Positions 1-9,115 of a DNA stretch of 16,369 nucleotides are shown here, in pieces (the stretch's first letter is position 1; every line of letters begins with the position of its first letter). Under the pieces are notes generated by a model, which ran no database searches, was not told the DNA's origin, and saw nothing but the letters and a program-made list of their open reading frames with translations. The stretch is from Promethearchaeota archaeon (GTDB lineage: Archaea > Asgardarchaeota > Lokiarchaeia > Sigyniarchaeales > SOKP01). The stretch covers positions 1 to 16,369 of the forward strand of contig JAEOTS010000012.1 of assembly GCA_016839745.1 (NCBI GenBank), in the 5' to 3' direction. The position numbers and the translations under genes are program-made.

Positions 1-46
1 TTATCTTCGAAAGGATATTATCAAAACTTTTTGTATCAATCGACAA
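1..46 (-). CDS. Possible 5' end of a gene running off the left edge (MSIDTKSFDNILSKI...)
   Basis: TTG at 46-44 preceded by a purine-rich GAGTGGTG; frame is open to the window edge; AT-rich intergenic region upstream. Too short to verify. Confidence 0.3.
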   Translation of the reverse strand, partial: MSIDTKSFDNILSKI

Positions 47-383
47 TTCTTACACCACTCTTCTTAAAATAACCTATAGTATTATATTAGATTTTTAGAT
101 ATAAAATTGTTATTATTATTAAAAAAGAATATGTATATAAAAATATGCTTTTGTTGGCAATTTTGAAATGATGGGGGGATTAGACTTTATTTTTTTGCGA
201 ATTTTTTTTCAGCTTATAGATAAAGGCTACTTCTTCTTCTATTTACGAAAAATTTATATTAACATAGTGTAAAAAATTGATTTGTCAAAATCCCCAATTT
301 ACTCACTTGGGAAATTTTAATAAATAGGTTCTGCTTACCAATTAATAACGACAAAAATTAAAATAGCATTATTGGTAATTATC

Positions 384-1121
384 ATGCCTTATGTTTTTGA
401 ACTAGACATACCCTATAAGACCTATGATATTGGAAAGGTATCTGAGGAAATTGAAAAATTAGGGCGTCTTGGTGCTTTCCATCACGTTGAAACATCAGTT
501 TGCGTTGTAGGTGCTAAAGATAGGAGTGAAGCAATTGATTCTATTTTCAACTTTCTCTTAGAATTAGACTACTACGACAATTTGGTTAAATCAAAAATAA
601 GCTCTGATATTATCCCCGGTCTTCCTCATGGCATAGAAAGTGAAATAAAAAAGGAATTAGAAGAGGTAGATAAGCGCGTACGAGAACACGAAAAGGTTAA
701 ATCCAAAGATTTTGAACCGCTTCCAATGATGGAGTGTCTTTTTATTAAAAGTAAGGTTTTAAATTATCTGCGGAAAGAAGGGTATACGCCTACAAGGGAA
801 ATAATTGATGGAAGCGTGCTAAATAAAGCTATTAGCGACATCTTTGATAAAGCAATTGCAGAAGCAAGGGCATACGGTCGAGACACTATTGAGATTGAGG
901 ATTTTAAAACAACTGAAGGCGTTTCTGTTGACGATACTTTTTTTGTAAAAAGTATAGTTCATGAGTATTTCCAAAGTAAGGGTTTCACCCCGAGTAGCGA
1001 TGTCTTGAAAGGTGGTGAAGTTATAGATAAGACGATTGCTGGTTTTCTTGACAGGGCAATAAAAAATGCAAGGAAAGATAATCGATTAGAGTTTGTTGGA
1101 GAAATAGATTTCGAACAGTAA
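384..1121 (+). CDS. Protein with an uncharacterised ~120-aa N-terminal region and two tandem C-terminal short (truncated alpha3) histone-fold domains
   Basis: ORF 372..1121, likely ATG start at 384. Two internal repeats, LFIKSKVLNYLRKEGYTPTREIIDGSVLNKAISDIFDKAIAEARAYGRDTIEIEDF and FFVKSIVHEYFQSKGFTPSSDVLKGGEVIDKTIAGFLDRAIKNARKDNRLEFVGEIDF, match the pattern of prokaryotic Bd0055-like histones (..SKVK..I...G..TS.E....L...I..L..KA...A...GRKTV...D). Confidence 0.75.
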   Translation: MPYVFELDIPYKTYDIGKVSEEIEKLGRLGAFHHVETSVCVVGAKDRSEAIDSIFNFLLELDYYDNLVKSKISSDIIPGLPHGIESEIKKELEEVDKRVREHEKVKSKDFEPLPMMECLFIKSKVLNYLRKEGYTPTREIIDGSVLNKAISDIFDKAIAEARAYGRDTIEIEDFKTTEGVSVDDTFFVKSIVHEYFQSKGFTPSSDVLKGGEVIDKTIAGFLDRAIKNARKDNRLEFVGEIDFEQ

Positions 1122-1225
1122 ATGTATCCATGGATATAATGTTCATTCATTAACATTCTTGTTTTTAACCTTAGTTGAAAACTTTAATAACTTCAAAGAA
1201 TATAGGTAAATAGGGGCAAATAGCT

Positions 1226-2359
1226 ATGGATATCGTAGAAGAGTATATTAAGAAAATAGTATCACTTTCAAATCTCACTAAAGATGAAATCTTAAAGAGG
1301 GTGATGCGTAAAAAGGAGGGAAACAAGGGACTCACGGATATTGGCGCAATTTTCATGATTAAAAGCGAATTAGGGTTAGATTTTACCATAAAACCAAGAT
1401 CAATTTATTACGATGCAGACAGAGCTCTAAAAGAAGAAGCTGAAGAACAGGAAAAAAAAGAAGCCGCTCTGAGAGAAAAAAGAGAACTAGAGAGTTATAT
1501 TAGAAAATTAGAGAAATATATTCAAGACAAAGAACTAAGAGAAATACTCATTTTACTCCGAGAGGGTAGATATCGCCGTATAGAAATTATTGATTTAGAT
1601 TATGTCATATTTGAAACCATAAAAACCCTTCATCAAAAATTATTAGATAGTTATGGATTTAAGAGAGATAAATATAGACATTTTGACGACGATGAGATAT
1701 ATCAGTCCATTCATAACGAAGATGAACAGCTAATCATTAATTTTTATGGCTATCCTCCCGGCAGAAGGTTTGGATTTAGATTAATTGTATCTTCACAGTA
1801 CCCAGAGTCTAAGCGATGGGAATACCAGATAGATATTGACTATTTAGCAGTAGTTGATAGTATAATTTCTGATTTAAGCCTTTATTTTAAGGATGTTGTG
1901 GAAAATGTCAAACAATCGAGAATCTTAACTAATAAGGGTTTAGATTTGGCTATTCAAGGGCAATTTAGTGAAGCAATAGAAGTTTACGATAAAGCGCTAG
2001 AATTAGAGATTGATAATTTTTTCACGTATACGAATAAAGGTATAGCTTTGATGGAACTAGGTAAAATCGAGGACGCGAAGTATAATTTTAATCTTGCAAT
2101 GAAAATCTCGAAAAAAGAAGCCTCTTGGTTAGCTAAATCGACGATAATGAAACTGTCTGGGGAAAATGAAAAAGCTCTTCAATGTTACGATAATGTGCTG
2201 AAATTCAATCCTAACAACATTAATGCGCTATATTATAAGGGAATATTACTAGAACAATTCGGTAAGTTTAGCGACGCGCTTAGATGCATAACTCGGACGC
2301 TAGAAATTAATGCGGATCATAAACAAGCAATTCAAGCAAAGAAACGATTGTTAAAGTAG
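1226..2359 (+). CDS. Tetratricopeptide-repeat protein with N-terminal DUF2240/RPA-N-like helical domain
   Basis: C-terminal ~4 TPR motifs (NKGLDL..QGQFSEAIEVYDKALEL; NKGIALMELGKIEDA; KALQCYDNVLKFNPNN; ALYYKGILLEQFGKFSDALRC). N-terminal EEYIKKIVSLSNLTKDEI...KK..KGL.DIGAIFMIKSELG resembles the helical domain at the N-terminus of archaeal RPA proteins. Confidence 0.8.
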   Translation: MDIVEEYIKKIVSLSNLTKDEILKRVMRKKEGNKGLTDIGAIFMIKSELGLDFTIKPRSIYYDADRALKEEAEEQEKKEAALREKRELESYIRKLEKYIQDKELREILILLREGRYRRIEIIDLDYVIFETIKTLHQKLLDSYGFKRDKYRHFDDDEIYQSIHNEDEQLIINFYGYPPGRRFGFRLIVSSQYPESKRWEYQIDIDYLAVVDSIISDLSLYFKDVVENVKQSRILTNKGLDLAIQGQFSEAIEVYDKALELEIDNFFTYTNKGIALMELGKIEDAKYNFNLAMKISKKEASWLAKSTIMKLSGENEKALQCYDNVLKFNPNNINALYYKGILLEQFGKFSDALRCITRTLEINADHKQAIQAKKRLLK

Positions 2360-2391
2360 ATCACTAATGGTCTCATCCAAACTAATTATTA

Positions 2392-3612
2392 TTACAGAAG
2401 ATTCCTCTCTTTTACGATTTTTCTGTAGTGATCTCGTTCCCGTCTTAATACTTTTATTTCTTTTTTAAGATCAAATATCTGTTCTTTTGAACTTTCTTTT
2501 TCTTTCTCTTTTGTTGAGATATTTGCTTTAGCCTTTTTAACATCCAGCTTTAAATTTGTAATAGAATCGATGTGAACGGTAATTTGACTTTTCAATTTAT
2601 CGATTTCATTTAAGAGACTTCTGTTAGCCTTTTCTAACTTTTCAAGCTCAGTGTTTAAACCAAGATTAATATTTTTCAAATCCGCTTTTTCTTGAAGAAT
2701 TTTTTCAGCTTTGGCTTCAATCGCTTCTACTCCGGTCATTTTTTTTGAAATCGCTTCGATTTGCTTTTCCTTCTCTTTTAAGAAGTCGTCTCTTTCGTTT
2801 ATCTTCTGATTTAATATTTTTACATCGTTCATCAATTTAGCGTTGTTCTGATTAAGATCGGCCATTTGTTGACTCCAGCTCTCCAGTTTTATGTATTGTT
2901 CACTAATTTCTTCTTTATGAGATTGAATCTCTTCCGATATTTTTGTATTCTCTGAAACAAGTTCGGTGTATTTTCTCGTTAATTCTCTTATTTTACTCTT
3001 TTTTTCCTCTAAAAGATCTTGAAGTTTAGTATTTTGTGCTTTTAAATCTGCTTCTTCTTTTACTATATCTGGCTTAAGATCTTCACTCTTCTCTCCTTCC
3101 GCGCTATCAAGTTCTTCTTCTTTTAATTCTCCATTTTCTTCCTTTTTACTTTCTTTTTTACTAGCAGTAATTACACTGGTTTCTCCTTCTATAATTTCTT
3201 CCCAATATGGTAAAAGTTCTTCCGCTTTTAACATTTCATAATATTGTCCTAAGATATCGTCGAAATTTAGAGCTTCTCTCTTAGGCAACAATTCATGAGC
3301 AATCCTTCTCATCATTCCTTCGAACTCGTTGGAAAGAATGTCATCTTGAGACAAAAAAATGCAAACTGCGAGATTGGGATTTCCTACATAATGTCGAAAT
3401 GAAAAACCTGAATAAAAACTAGCCACACTAACTTCATCTTCGAGTGTCAATTCAATGTAATTTGGCTCCATTTTTTTTTTCAAATGAAGCTCTACTAAAC
3501 CTTTTAAAGTTTTTGGTGTTACCCCTAAGAACTCACATAAGTTACTTGGAAATTGGGTGTCTATACGTGGTTCCAAATTTTCTTCAAACCCTAAAATGAT
3601 TATACCTTTCAC
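2392..3612 (-). CDS. Longin/uDENN-like N-terminal domain plus acidic linker and long coiled coil
   Basis: 406-aa ORF with GTG start. N-terminal GIIILGFEENLEPRIDTQFP...VASFYSG...AVCIFL...FEGMMRRIAHELL follows the Asgard uDENN/longin pattern; residues ~185-403 are a continuous E/K/L/Q heptad-rich coiled coil. Confidence 0.7.
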   Translation of the reverse strand: MKGIIILGFEENLEPRIDTQFPSNLCEFLGVTPKTLKGLVELHLKKKMEPNYIELTLEDEVSVASFYSGFSFRHYVGNPNLAVCIFLSQDDILSNEFEGMMRRIAHELLPKREALNFDDILGQYYEMLKAEELLPYWEEIIEGETSVITASKKESKKEENGELKEEELDSAEGEKSEDLKPDIVKEEADLKAQNTKLQDLLEEKKSKIRELTRKYTELVSENTKISEEIQSHKEEISEQYIKLESWSQQMADLNQNNAKLMNDVKILNQKINERDDFLKEKEKQIEAISKKMTGVEAIEAKAEKILQEKADLKNINLGLNTELEKLEKANRSLLNEIDKLKSQITVHIDSITNLKLDVKKAKANISTKEKEKESSKEQIFDLKKEIKVLRRERDHYRKIVKERNLL

Positions 3613-3763
3613 TTTTTCGCACCTTAATAGATTAATTGTAAGGAATTAAACATTTCTACAACAAATTATTCGATCTAATAATTAATAATTTTTTAAACTT
3701 TATCTATTTAACAAACAATCAATGATATTAATATTAGACTTTTATCATAGTTATATTAATTAA

Positions 3764-3788
3764 GAGAGAAATATCGTAAGGTTCTCTC
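3764..3788 (-). terminator. Possible hairpin/terminator after the amidohydrolase gene
   Basis: Inverted repeat GAGAGAA (3764-3770) / TTCTCTC (3782-3788) with an 11-nt loop, 13 nt downstream of the stop at 3802. Confidence 0.3.
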
Positions 3789-3801
3789 ATTTTAATAACA
3801 T

Positions 3802-5340
3802 TTAATAAATCTGGGTCAAGCAGTCAATAACCTGCTTTTCTTCCATAGCTAAGTAGTTTTGTTTAAGAATTAACGAAAAAAACTTCCGATCTCTTGGATT
3901 AAAATATTTATAGCCGAATTTGTTCCAAGAAATCTCCTTTATTAGTGGTGCAATTAAAGTTATTCGATCTTTTACAAGTTTTGTTAACATTATTAGAACT
4001 TCTTCGTTAGTTGCGCGTTTTAAAGTATACAATAACACATCATCGTTAAATTTATTCCATGTCTCTTTGAATTGAATACAGAATCTCTTAATATCGATTT
4101 TATTCTCAGTGATTAATTTGGCTAAAGCTTTAATAGCAATTTCGTAAGAATTAATATTTTCATTTAGAGCATTTGATATTATCGTACTTGGCAAAGCTGG
4201 ACCCTCTTTTCTTACCTGTGGTAAATTATACTCCGGTAAAATCTTAATCTGGTTTAACCCCATTATGTTTCTAACATCGTTAAGAGTGCCGCCTGTATCA
4301 AAAAATCGTTTATTAATAATGTATTTCAGGAGCTTTTGAGCGTGAACATCCCCAAAATAAGGATAGTCTGAAGCGTATAAAAGATATTCTGACCAATCTC
4401 GATTATCAACGCTTATCTTGTTCTGGGATTTAAACCAGCTTCGAAAATCCTCAAAGAAGTTACCCGCACCCTCCCCATGAAGCATAGATAAATCTCCATA
4501 TGTGTTGGGTTGAACCAGGGCGTTATAAACTTCATGATCACCGATGTTTCCCTGAGCAAAGTGAGCGATTATAACCTTAAAGTGAGGCAATAATTCTGGA
4601 TATTGTTGATTTATTACTGATCGCGTTGATTTTATTAATTCTGCTATATCTAATATTGAACCTCTTCCTCGAGTATCAAAAATTACGGGTAAAGAATAGC
4701 TTGCTGCTTCAATCAACACATTTAGTGGTTTACCGGATTTTATATCGTCAATCCACCTTTCTGAACGAGGGTGTAATTTTAAACCCCGGAGCCCTAGTTC
4801 TTCTCGAGCATACCCTACTTCCTTTATTGCTTTTTCGCCTTGCATGGGATCACAACGTGCATATCCAATAAGTTTCATAGAAAAGGGAAAGCGAGTAGTA
4901 AATCTTGAAACATTAATATTGCTTGCTCGATATCGAGCTTCTGGATGTTTGTCTCTAAACACATCTTGGAAGGGAAAAACAACACCCTGATCGATGAAAG
5001 AATAGAATTTTGATTTATCTTTTAAATCTGAATACCTTTTTCCTAATGATTTTAAAGCGACATATAACTTATCAGTAAAAGGGTATTGGTTAAAGGACCA
5101 GCTAATTTTTGTAAATTTTCCATCCATCGTAGTTGAAAAAGATTGTTCTCCAGTTGCTTCCCAATCTGCTTTTAATCTACCTTGTACATTCCCCCAAAAA
5201 TCAAATGTCCCTGTTCCAGGCGCAAGAGGATTCATCATTGTTGCTCCATCGACATCTTCTCCTAAATGTGAGTGAGAATCTATTACAATTATGTTCTCAA
5301 CTCGAGTTTTTCCATCTTGTTCTATAGTTGCTGTTAGCAT
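3802..5340 (-). CDS. Metal-dependent amidohydrolase (TIM-barrel, amidohydro_2-like) with C-terminal extension
   Basis: IDSHSH (HxH), GLRGLKLHP, PVIFDT, VIIAHF and YASDYPY motifs in canonical order. Confidence 0.88.
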   Translation of the reverse strand: MLTATIEQDGKTRVENIIVIDSHSHLGEDVDGATMMNPLAPGTGTFDFWGNVQGRLKADWEATGEQSFSTTMDGKFTKISWSFNQYPFTDKLYVALKSLGKRYSDLKDKSKFYSFIDQGVVFPFQDVFRDKHPEARYRASNINVSRFTTRFPFSMKLIGYARCDPMQGEKAIKEVGYAREELGLRGLKLHPRSERWIDDIKSGKPLNVLIEAASYSLPVIFDTRGRGSILDIAELIKSTRSVINQQYPELLPHFKVIIAHFAQGNIGDHEVYNALVQPNTYGDLSMLHGEGAGNFFEDFRSWFKSQNKISVDNRDWSEYLLYASDYPYFGDVHAQKLLKYIINKRFFDTGGTLNDVRNIMGLNQIKILPEYNLPQVRKEGPALPSTIISNALNENINSYEIAIKALAKLITENKIDIKRFCIQFKETWNKFNDDVLLYTLKRATNEEVLIMLTKLVKDRITLIAPLIKEISWNKFGYKYFNPRDRKFFSLILKQNYLAMEEKQVIDCLTQIY

Positions 5341-5379
5341 TCTTTATATCGTCCGAAATTTAATTTTTTGTAATATATA

Positions 5380-7062
5380 TTAATCGCGCATTTCTTTTGG
5401 GAGCGTTAAAACTCCTGTTAAAGGGTTATTGATAGGATCTTTACAATATTCGATTGTAAAGTAGATTAAATCGTAGAGAATATTCGGATTCTCTCCTTTA
5501 TCCAATTTATATTGGTATAGGCTTAATTGATACTCTGCCTCGGTTATAGGGGGTTCAGCGTAACTTACACTTCCAAACACAGATTGAAGAATTGGTTTCA
5601 AAAATGGAGAATAGAGAAAACCGAGTTCTTTCAGGACATCCTTTAAATAAAAGAACATTCGTTGACATGCCTGCATCATATATCTTACAGGTTGATTTGC
5701 AGGTCCCAAATATTGTTCCGCAAATTCAGGATCGTATTGAGCAAGGTGTTCTCGAGTAAGATTTTGAGGTCGGAACAAAGAAATTAAACCTCTCTCAATG
5801 GCAGTCTTTCTGTTGTAAGCTATTGTTTCACTACCAGCATCGGGTACCCAAACTCCTTTTTGTAGTAATTTTCGAGCTTTATAACACATAGCCTCTAATA
5901 AAAGTGCGATTCCAATTCGACGACATATTGATATCTGAGCGTCTGATATACGAATCTCTATCGTACCCCAATCTGTATAGGGAAACACGTCTTGGAAGCG
6001 TCCATCTTCTAGACTTGCCTTTTGGATAACCTGAAGGAAATATTTCATAGTATTTTCGTCGTATGATGTAATGTAAGGAATAAAATGCTTAGGGTCGTTG
6101 TTACTTAACATTGTAGTATTGTTTTTTAACCTTAAAGAGCGAACACAGTTAGGAGCAGTAATTCTATTGTTAACAATTTTAACAACATCTGTTGGTCGAT
6201 TGTTTAAAATAGGAGAATTACATGTAAGCGCTATAATGTGAGGAATAAAATTTCTTATCATACAATAAGCTTGAACTTTTTCCAAATCATTTTTGAACGA
6301 TCCAATATGACTATGATCCGCTTGAGTCAACCCACGCATATATTCCTTAGCAGCGGGATTTATGGCAGAGGCAATGATATGTAAATCATTAGGTAAGGTT
6401 GTTTTCGCTAGTAAAAATAGGGTACTTGCCCAGTAAGCTAACTCTTCTGCGTATTGACAAGGTGGAGTTACAAGTTCTAAAATATATGTTACTGCGGTTA
6501 CATTCCCATCACGACCAAATGTGTCGATGTCAACAACATTTCCATCAGGTAAATTGTATCGAATATCCATTACATACCCTTTTTCAATGTCATCCTTACC
6601 ATATGGTCTTGCTAACACCTTTTGTCGAATGTAGTCTGGAACAGGTAAGAAATCAGCCCTACCCTCGTATAAAACCTGATCCATTATTTTTATGGCGTCC
6701 TTTACAATTTCCTTCATTCTAAAGACCATTTCATCGCCAGGAGGGTAATCTCCGTTATCGTCTGCTATAATTAATTCCATTTCTATTCCATGGGTGAAGG
6801 GTAATAGTGTCCAATGCTCCACATCAGCTAAAATCTCCCCCCAAGTTCTTTCTGGAATCAATATTTCTCTATAATCAGTTCCAAGAAACAGTTTATCTGA
6901 AGACCTATCTACAGGGTTACCTAAATGTACACCCGATGGGATTCCAACTCCCTTTGCTGCTTTACTTCCCCTAACTTTTTCTTGTCCCATTAATTGTGAG
7001 AAGTTATTATACTCTCCTTCGCTAGATCCTTTTTTCTTCTTTTTTTTCTTGTCTTTTGCCAT
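5380..7062 (-). CDS. Glutamate-cysteine ligase family 2 (GCS2/YbdK-like) carboxylate-amine ligase
   Basis: THGIEMEL (ExE), ILELVTPPC, HSHIG, IALTCNSP, GTIEIRISDAQ motifs; likely ATG start at 7062 (ORF extends to 7074); poly-Lys N-terminus. Confidence 0.85.
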   Translation of the reverse strand: MAKDKKKKKKKGSSEGEYNNFSQLMGQEKVRGSKAAKGVGIPSGVHLGNPVDRSSDKLFLGTDYREILIPERTWGEILADVEHWTLLPFTHGIEMELIIADDNGDYPPGDEMVFRMKEIVKDAIKIMDQVLYEGRADFLPVPDYIRQKVLARPYGKDDIEKGYVMDIRYNLPDGNVVDIDTFGRDGNVTAVTYILELVTPPCQYAEELAYWASTLFLLAKTTLPNDLHIIASAINPAAKEYMRGLTQADHSHIGSFKNDLEKVQAYCMIRNFIPHIIALTCNSPILNNRPTDVVKIVNNRITAPNCVRSLRLKNNTTMLSNNDPKHFIPYITSYDENTMKYFLQVIQKASLEDGRFQDVFPYTDWGTIEIRISDAQISICRRIGIALLLEAMCYKARKLLQKGVWVPDAGSETIAYNRKTAIERGLISLFRPQNLTREHLAQYDPEFAEQYLGPANQPVRYMMQACQRMFFYLKDVLKELGFLYSPFLKPILQSVFGSVSYAEPPITEAEYQLSLYQYKLDKGENPNILYDLIYFTIEYCKDPINNPLTGVLTLPKEMRD

Positions 7063-7089
7063 GAAATTCTTCACTTTAAATTTTTTGGA

Positions 7090-8958
7090 TTAAATTAATG
7101 ATTGTATAAAAGTTTTGAATATGTCGTAATCGTTAATAAATTCGTACGACAGAATTAAATTAACTATATTAAAATTACTACCATAAAATATACTATTGAG
7201 GCTTTCAACCGTTTTTCCCCCTTTAAACAGATCATCATCTATTATCACATCAACACGGTCTCCAAGCTTTTTTACGATTTTCGATTTAATTGCATTTACA
7301 TCATCGGTAATAGACGAGAGTATAACCGAAGGTTTTCCTAAGTAAGGGATAAAATCTAAATTGAAAACTGTAACTCTATTCTTAATACTTTCAGGTTGGA
7401 AGAATTTTTTTAATGTGGTTTGAATAATTTTTAATTCTTCTTGATTGTGATCCTTAACAGAAGGATAAATATAATACGAGATAGATTTCTTCGAATTATA
7501 GTTTATTTCAGAATAAACTCTATCTATGATAGGAAATATGCTAAAATTAAAACTAAACAGGGATATAAGTGCGATATTAAAATTAAAATTCCCACTCAGG
7601 ATATTACTACTTGCGTTTCCGCCTATGAGAGAGAATTCGTTTACTTCTCTGGTAATTTGTGAAGTATAAGTATTCAATAAGAAGAACTGAGAAAACTCTC
7701 CAATAGGTTCTACTTTAGTTTGTTTTTCTTCGACCATTTTATAAATTTCGTTGAATAAATCTTTGGCGACGTTTTTTTTAAGTTCTTCTGAGCTCAATCC
7801 TCCGATAACTTTATCTGCCGCCTCAGGGCAATCTAATTCTGCTAAGATACATATGGTTTCTTTGAAATATTCATAAGCTGGATTGCGATAATTTTGATCT
7901 GAGATGTTAATTCTGCTGGATTTGAGAATTATCTCATCAATCTGATTAATGGTCGTAAGAATTTGCGAGTTATTATTAACTTCGTGTAGCTTCTTAATAA
8001 TATTAAATAAAACTTTAATTTTAACAGTCTCGTCTTTAATAAGCTCTGTAAATTTAAGAGCTAAATTATAATCTTTCTCAAGGGATTCAAAAATAACTTC
8101 AAGAATAGCATTTTGTTGTATCGAATCCTCTTTGATAAACGAAAGAATTTTATAAACTTTATCTGGATCAATAGTCACATAGTCAAGCGCAATATATTTC
8201 GCGATTTGATTTTTTTTATTTTGATCATTTAATTTTTCAATAACTTGTAAGCTACTCTCGAGATTAAGAGTTGCGTTCGCTCTAATTAGGTTATAATATA
8301 GTTCTAACTTTTCACTTTCATTCGTTAACTGCAACGAGCTTTCTAACGCTTTATAAAACTCACTATTCGAAAGATATAATTTGGCGAGGTTCTTTAAATT
8401 TGTATGCAAATTTTCAACTTCAGCCCTATAGAGAGTGGGAGATTGACCGTTATTCTGTGACTCTGCAAGACGAATTGTAGCTTCCTTAATTTTTTTTTCA
8501 ATTATCTTAATTTGATTCTTGTCTGATGTGATTATAAAGTCTTTTGGGTTAAAGTTAGCGCTTTTACCGGAATGGAGAAATTGCTTATCTTTCAATATAT
8601 GGCGAATCCTACTTGATGATATCTTATCCCTAATCTTTTGAACTTTTACCGTGATTTCGACTAATTTCATCCAATAGGCATTTACCGTTAATTTACCAAA
8701 TCCATTTGTCGTTGGTTTCAATAATAAATCAATCTTCTTAGTTTCACCCGATTTAAAGAGAATTTCATCTAAAAAATCAATTGGGTTAACAGTGATTTCG
8801 AGATTCTCTCCTTCAAACACGAATTTAAAATGCTCTTCCTTTGTAGATTGGTTAGTAACTTGGAAGGAAACAGCGTTATTGCCATCAGGAATTAATAGGT
8901 TCTGAGGAAATTTAGTTACACTTATCGATATTACATGATTCGGATCTGCGTTAGACAT
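7090..8958 (-). CDS. Hypothetical multidomain protein: N-terminal Ig-like beta-sandwich, central helical repeats, C-terminal alpha/beta domain
   Basis: 622-aa ORF. The first ~110 aa have alternating beta-strand patterns (VSFQVTN, FKFVFEG, LKPTTNGFGKLTVNAYW). Recurring ~33-aa helical units: ALESSLQLTNESEKLELYYNLI, SLQVIEKLNDQNKKNQIAKYIA, VYKILSFIKEDSIQQNAILEVI, ALKFTELIKDETVKIKVLFNII. Confidence 0.7.
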   Translation of the reverse strand: MSNADPNHVISISVTKFPQNLLIPDGNNAVSFQVTNQSTKEEHFKFVFEGENLEITVNPIDFLDEILFKSGETKKIDLLLKPTTNGFGKLTVNAYWMKLVEITVKVQKIRDKISSSRIRHILKDKQFLHSGKSANFNPKDFIITSDKNQIKIIEKKIKEATIRLAESQNNGQSPTLYRAEVENLHTNLKNLAKLYLSNSEFYKALESSLQLTNESEKLELYYNLIRANATLNLESSLQVIEKLNDQNKKNQIAKYIALDYVTIDPDKVYKILSFIKEDSIQQNAILEVIFESLEKDYNLALKFTELIKDETVKIKVLFNIIKKLHEVNNNSQILTTINQIDEIILKSSRINISDQNYRNPAYEYFKETICILAELDCPEAADKVIGGLSSEELKKNVAKDLFNEIYKMVEEKQTKVEPIGEFSQFFLLNTYTSQITREVNEFSLIGGNASSNILSGNFNFNIALISLFSFNFSIFPIIDRVYSEINYNSKKSISYYIYPSVKDHNQEELKIIQTTLKKFFQPESIKNRVTVFNLDFIPYLGKPSVILSSITDDVNAIKSKIVKKLGDRVDVIIDDDLFKGGKTVESLNSIFYGSNFNIVNLILSYEFINDYDIFKTFIQSLI

Positions 8959-9115
8959 AATTGAAAAGATATTTGGTTTTAGTAGTATAATTAATTGCGC
9001 AAAATAGATATTATTTATGATTTATTAGAATGGAAAAAATGTGAAAAAGTGCCATATTACCTTAATATCATCAATATAAAACTTATTGATTTTAAATATT
9101 TACTAATAAAAAAGG

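Noticed and set aside
1430-1540. Purine-rich quasi-repeats (AGAACTAG/AGAACTAA) in the TPR gene
   Set aside because: Explained by E/K/R/L-rich helical coding; not a DNA repeat array or CRISPR.
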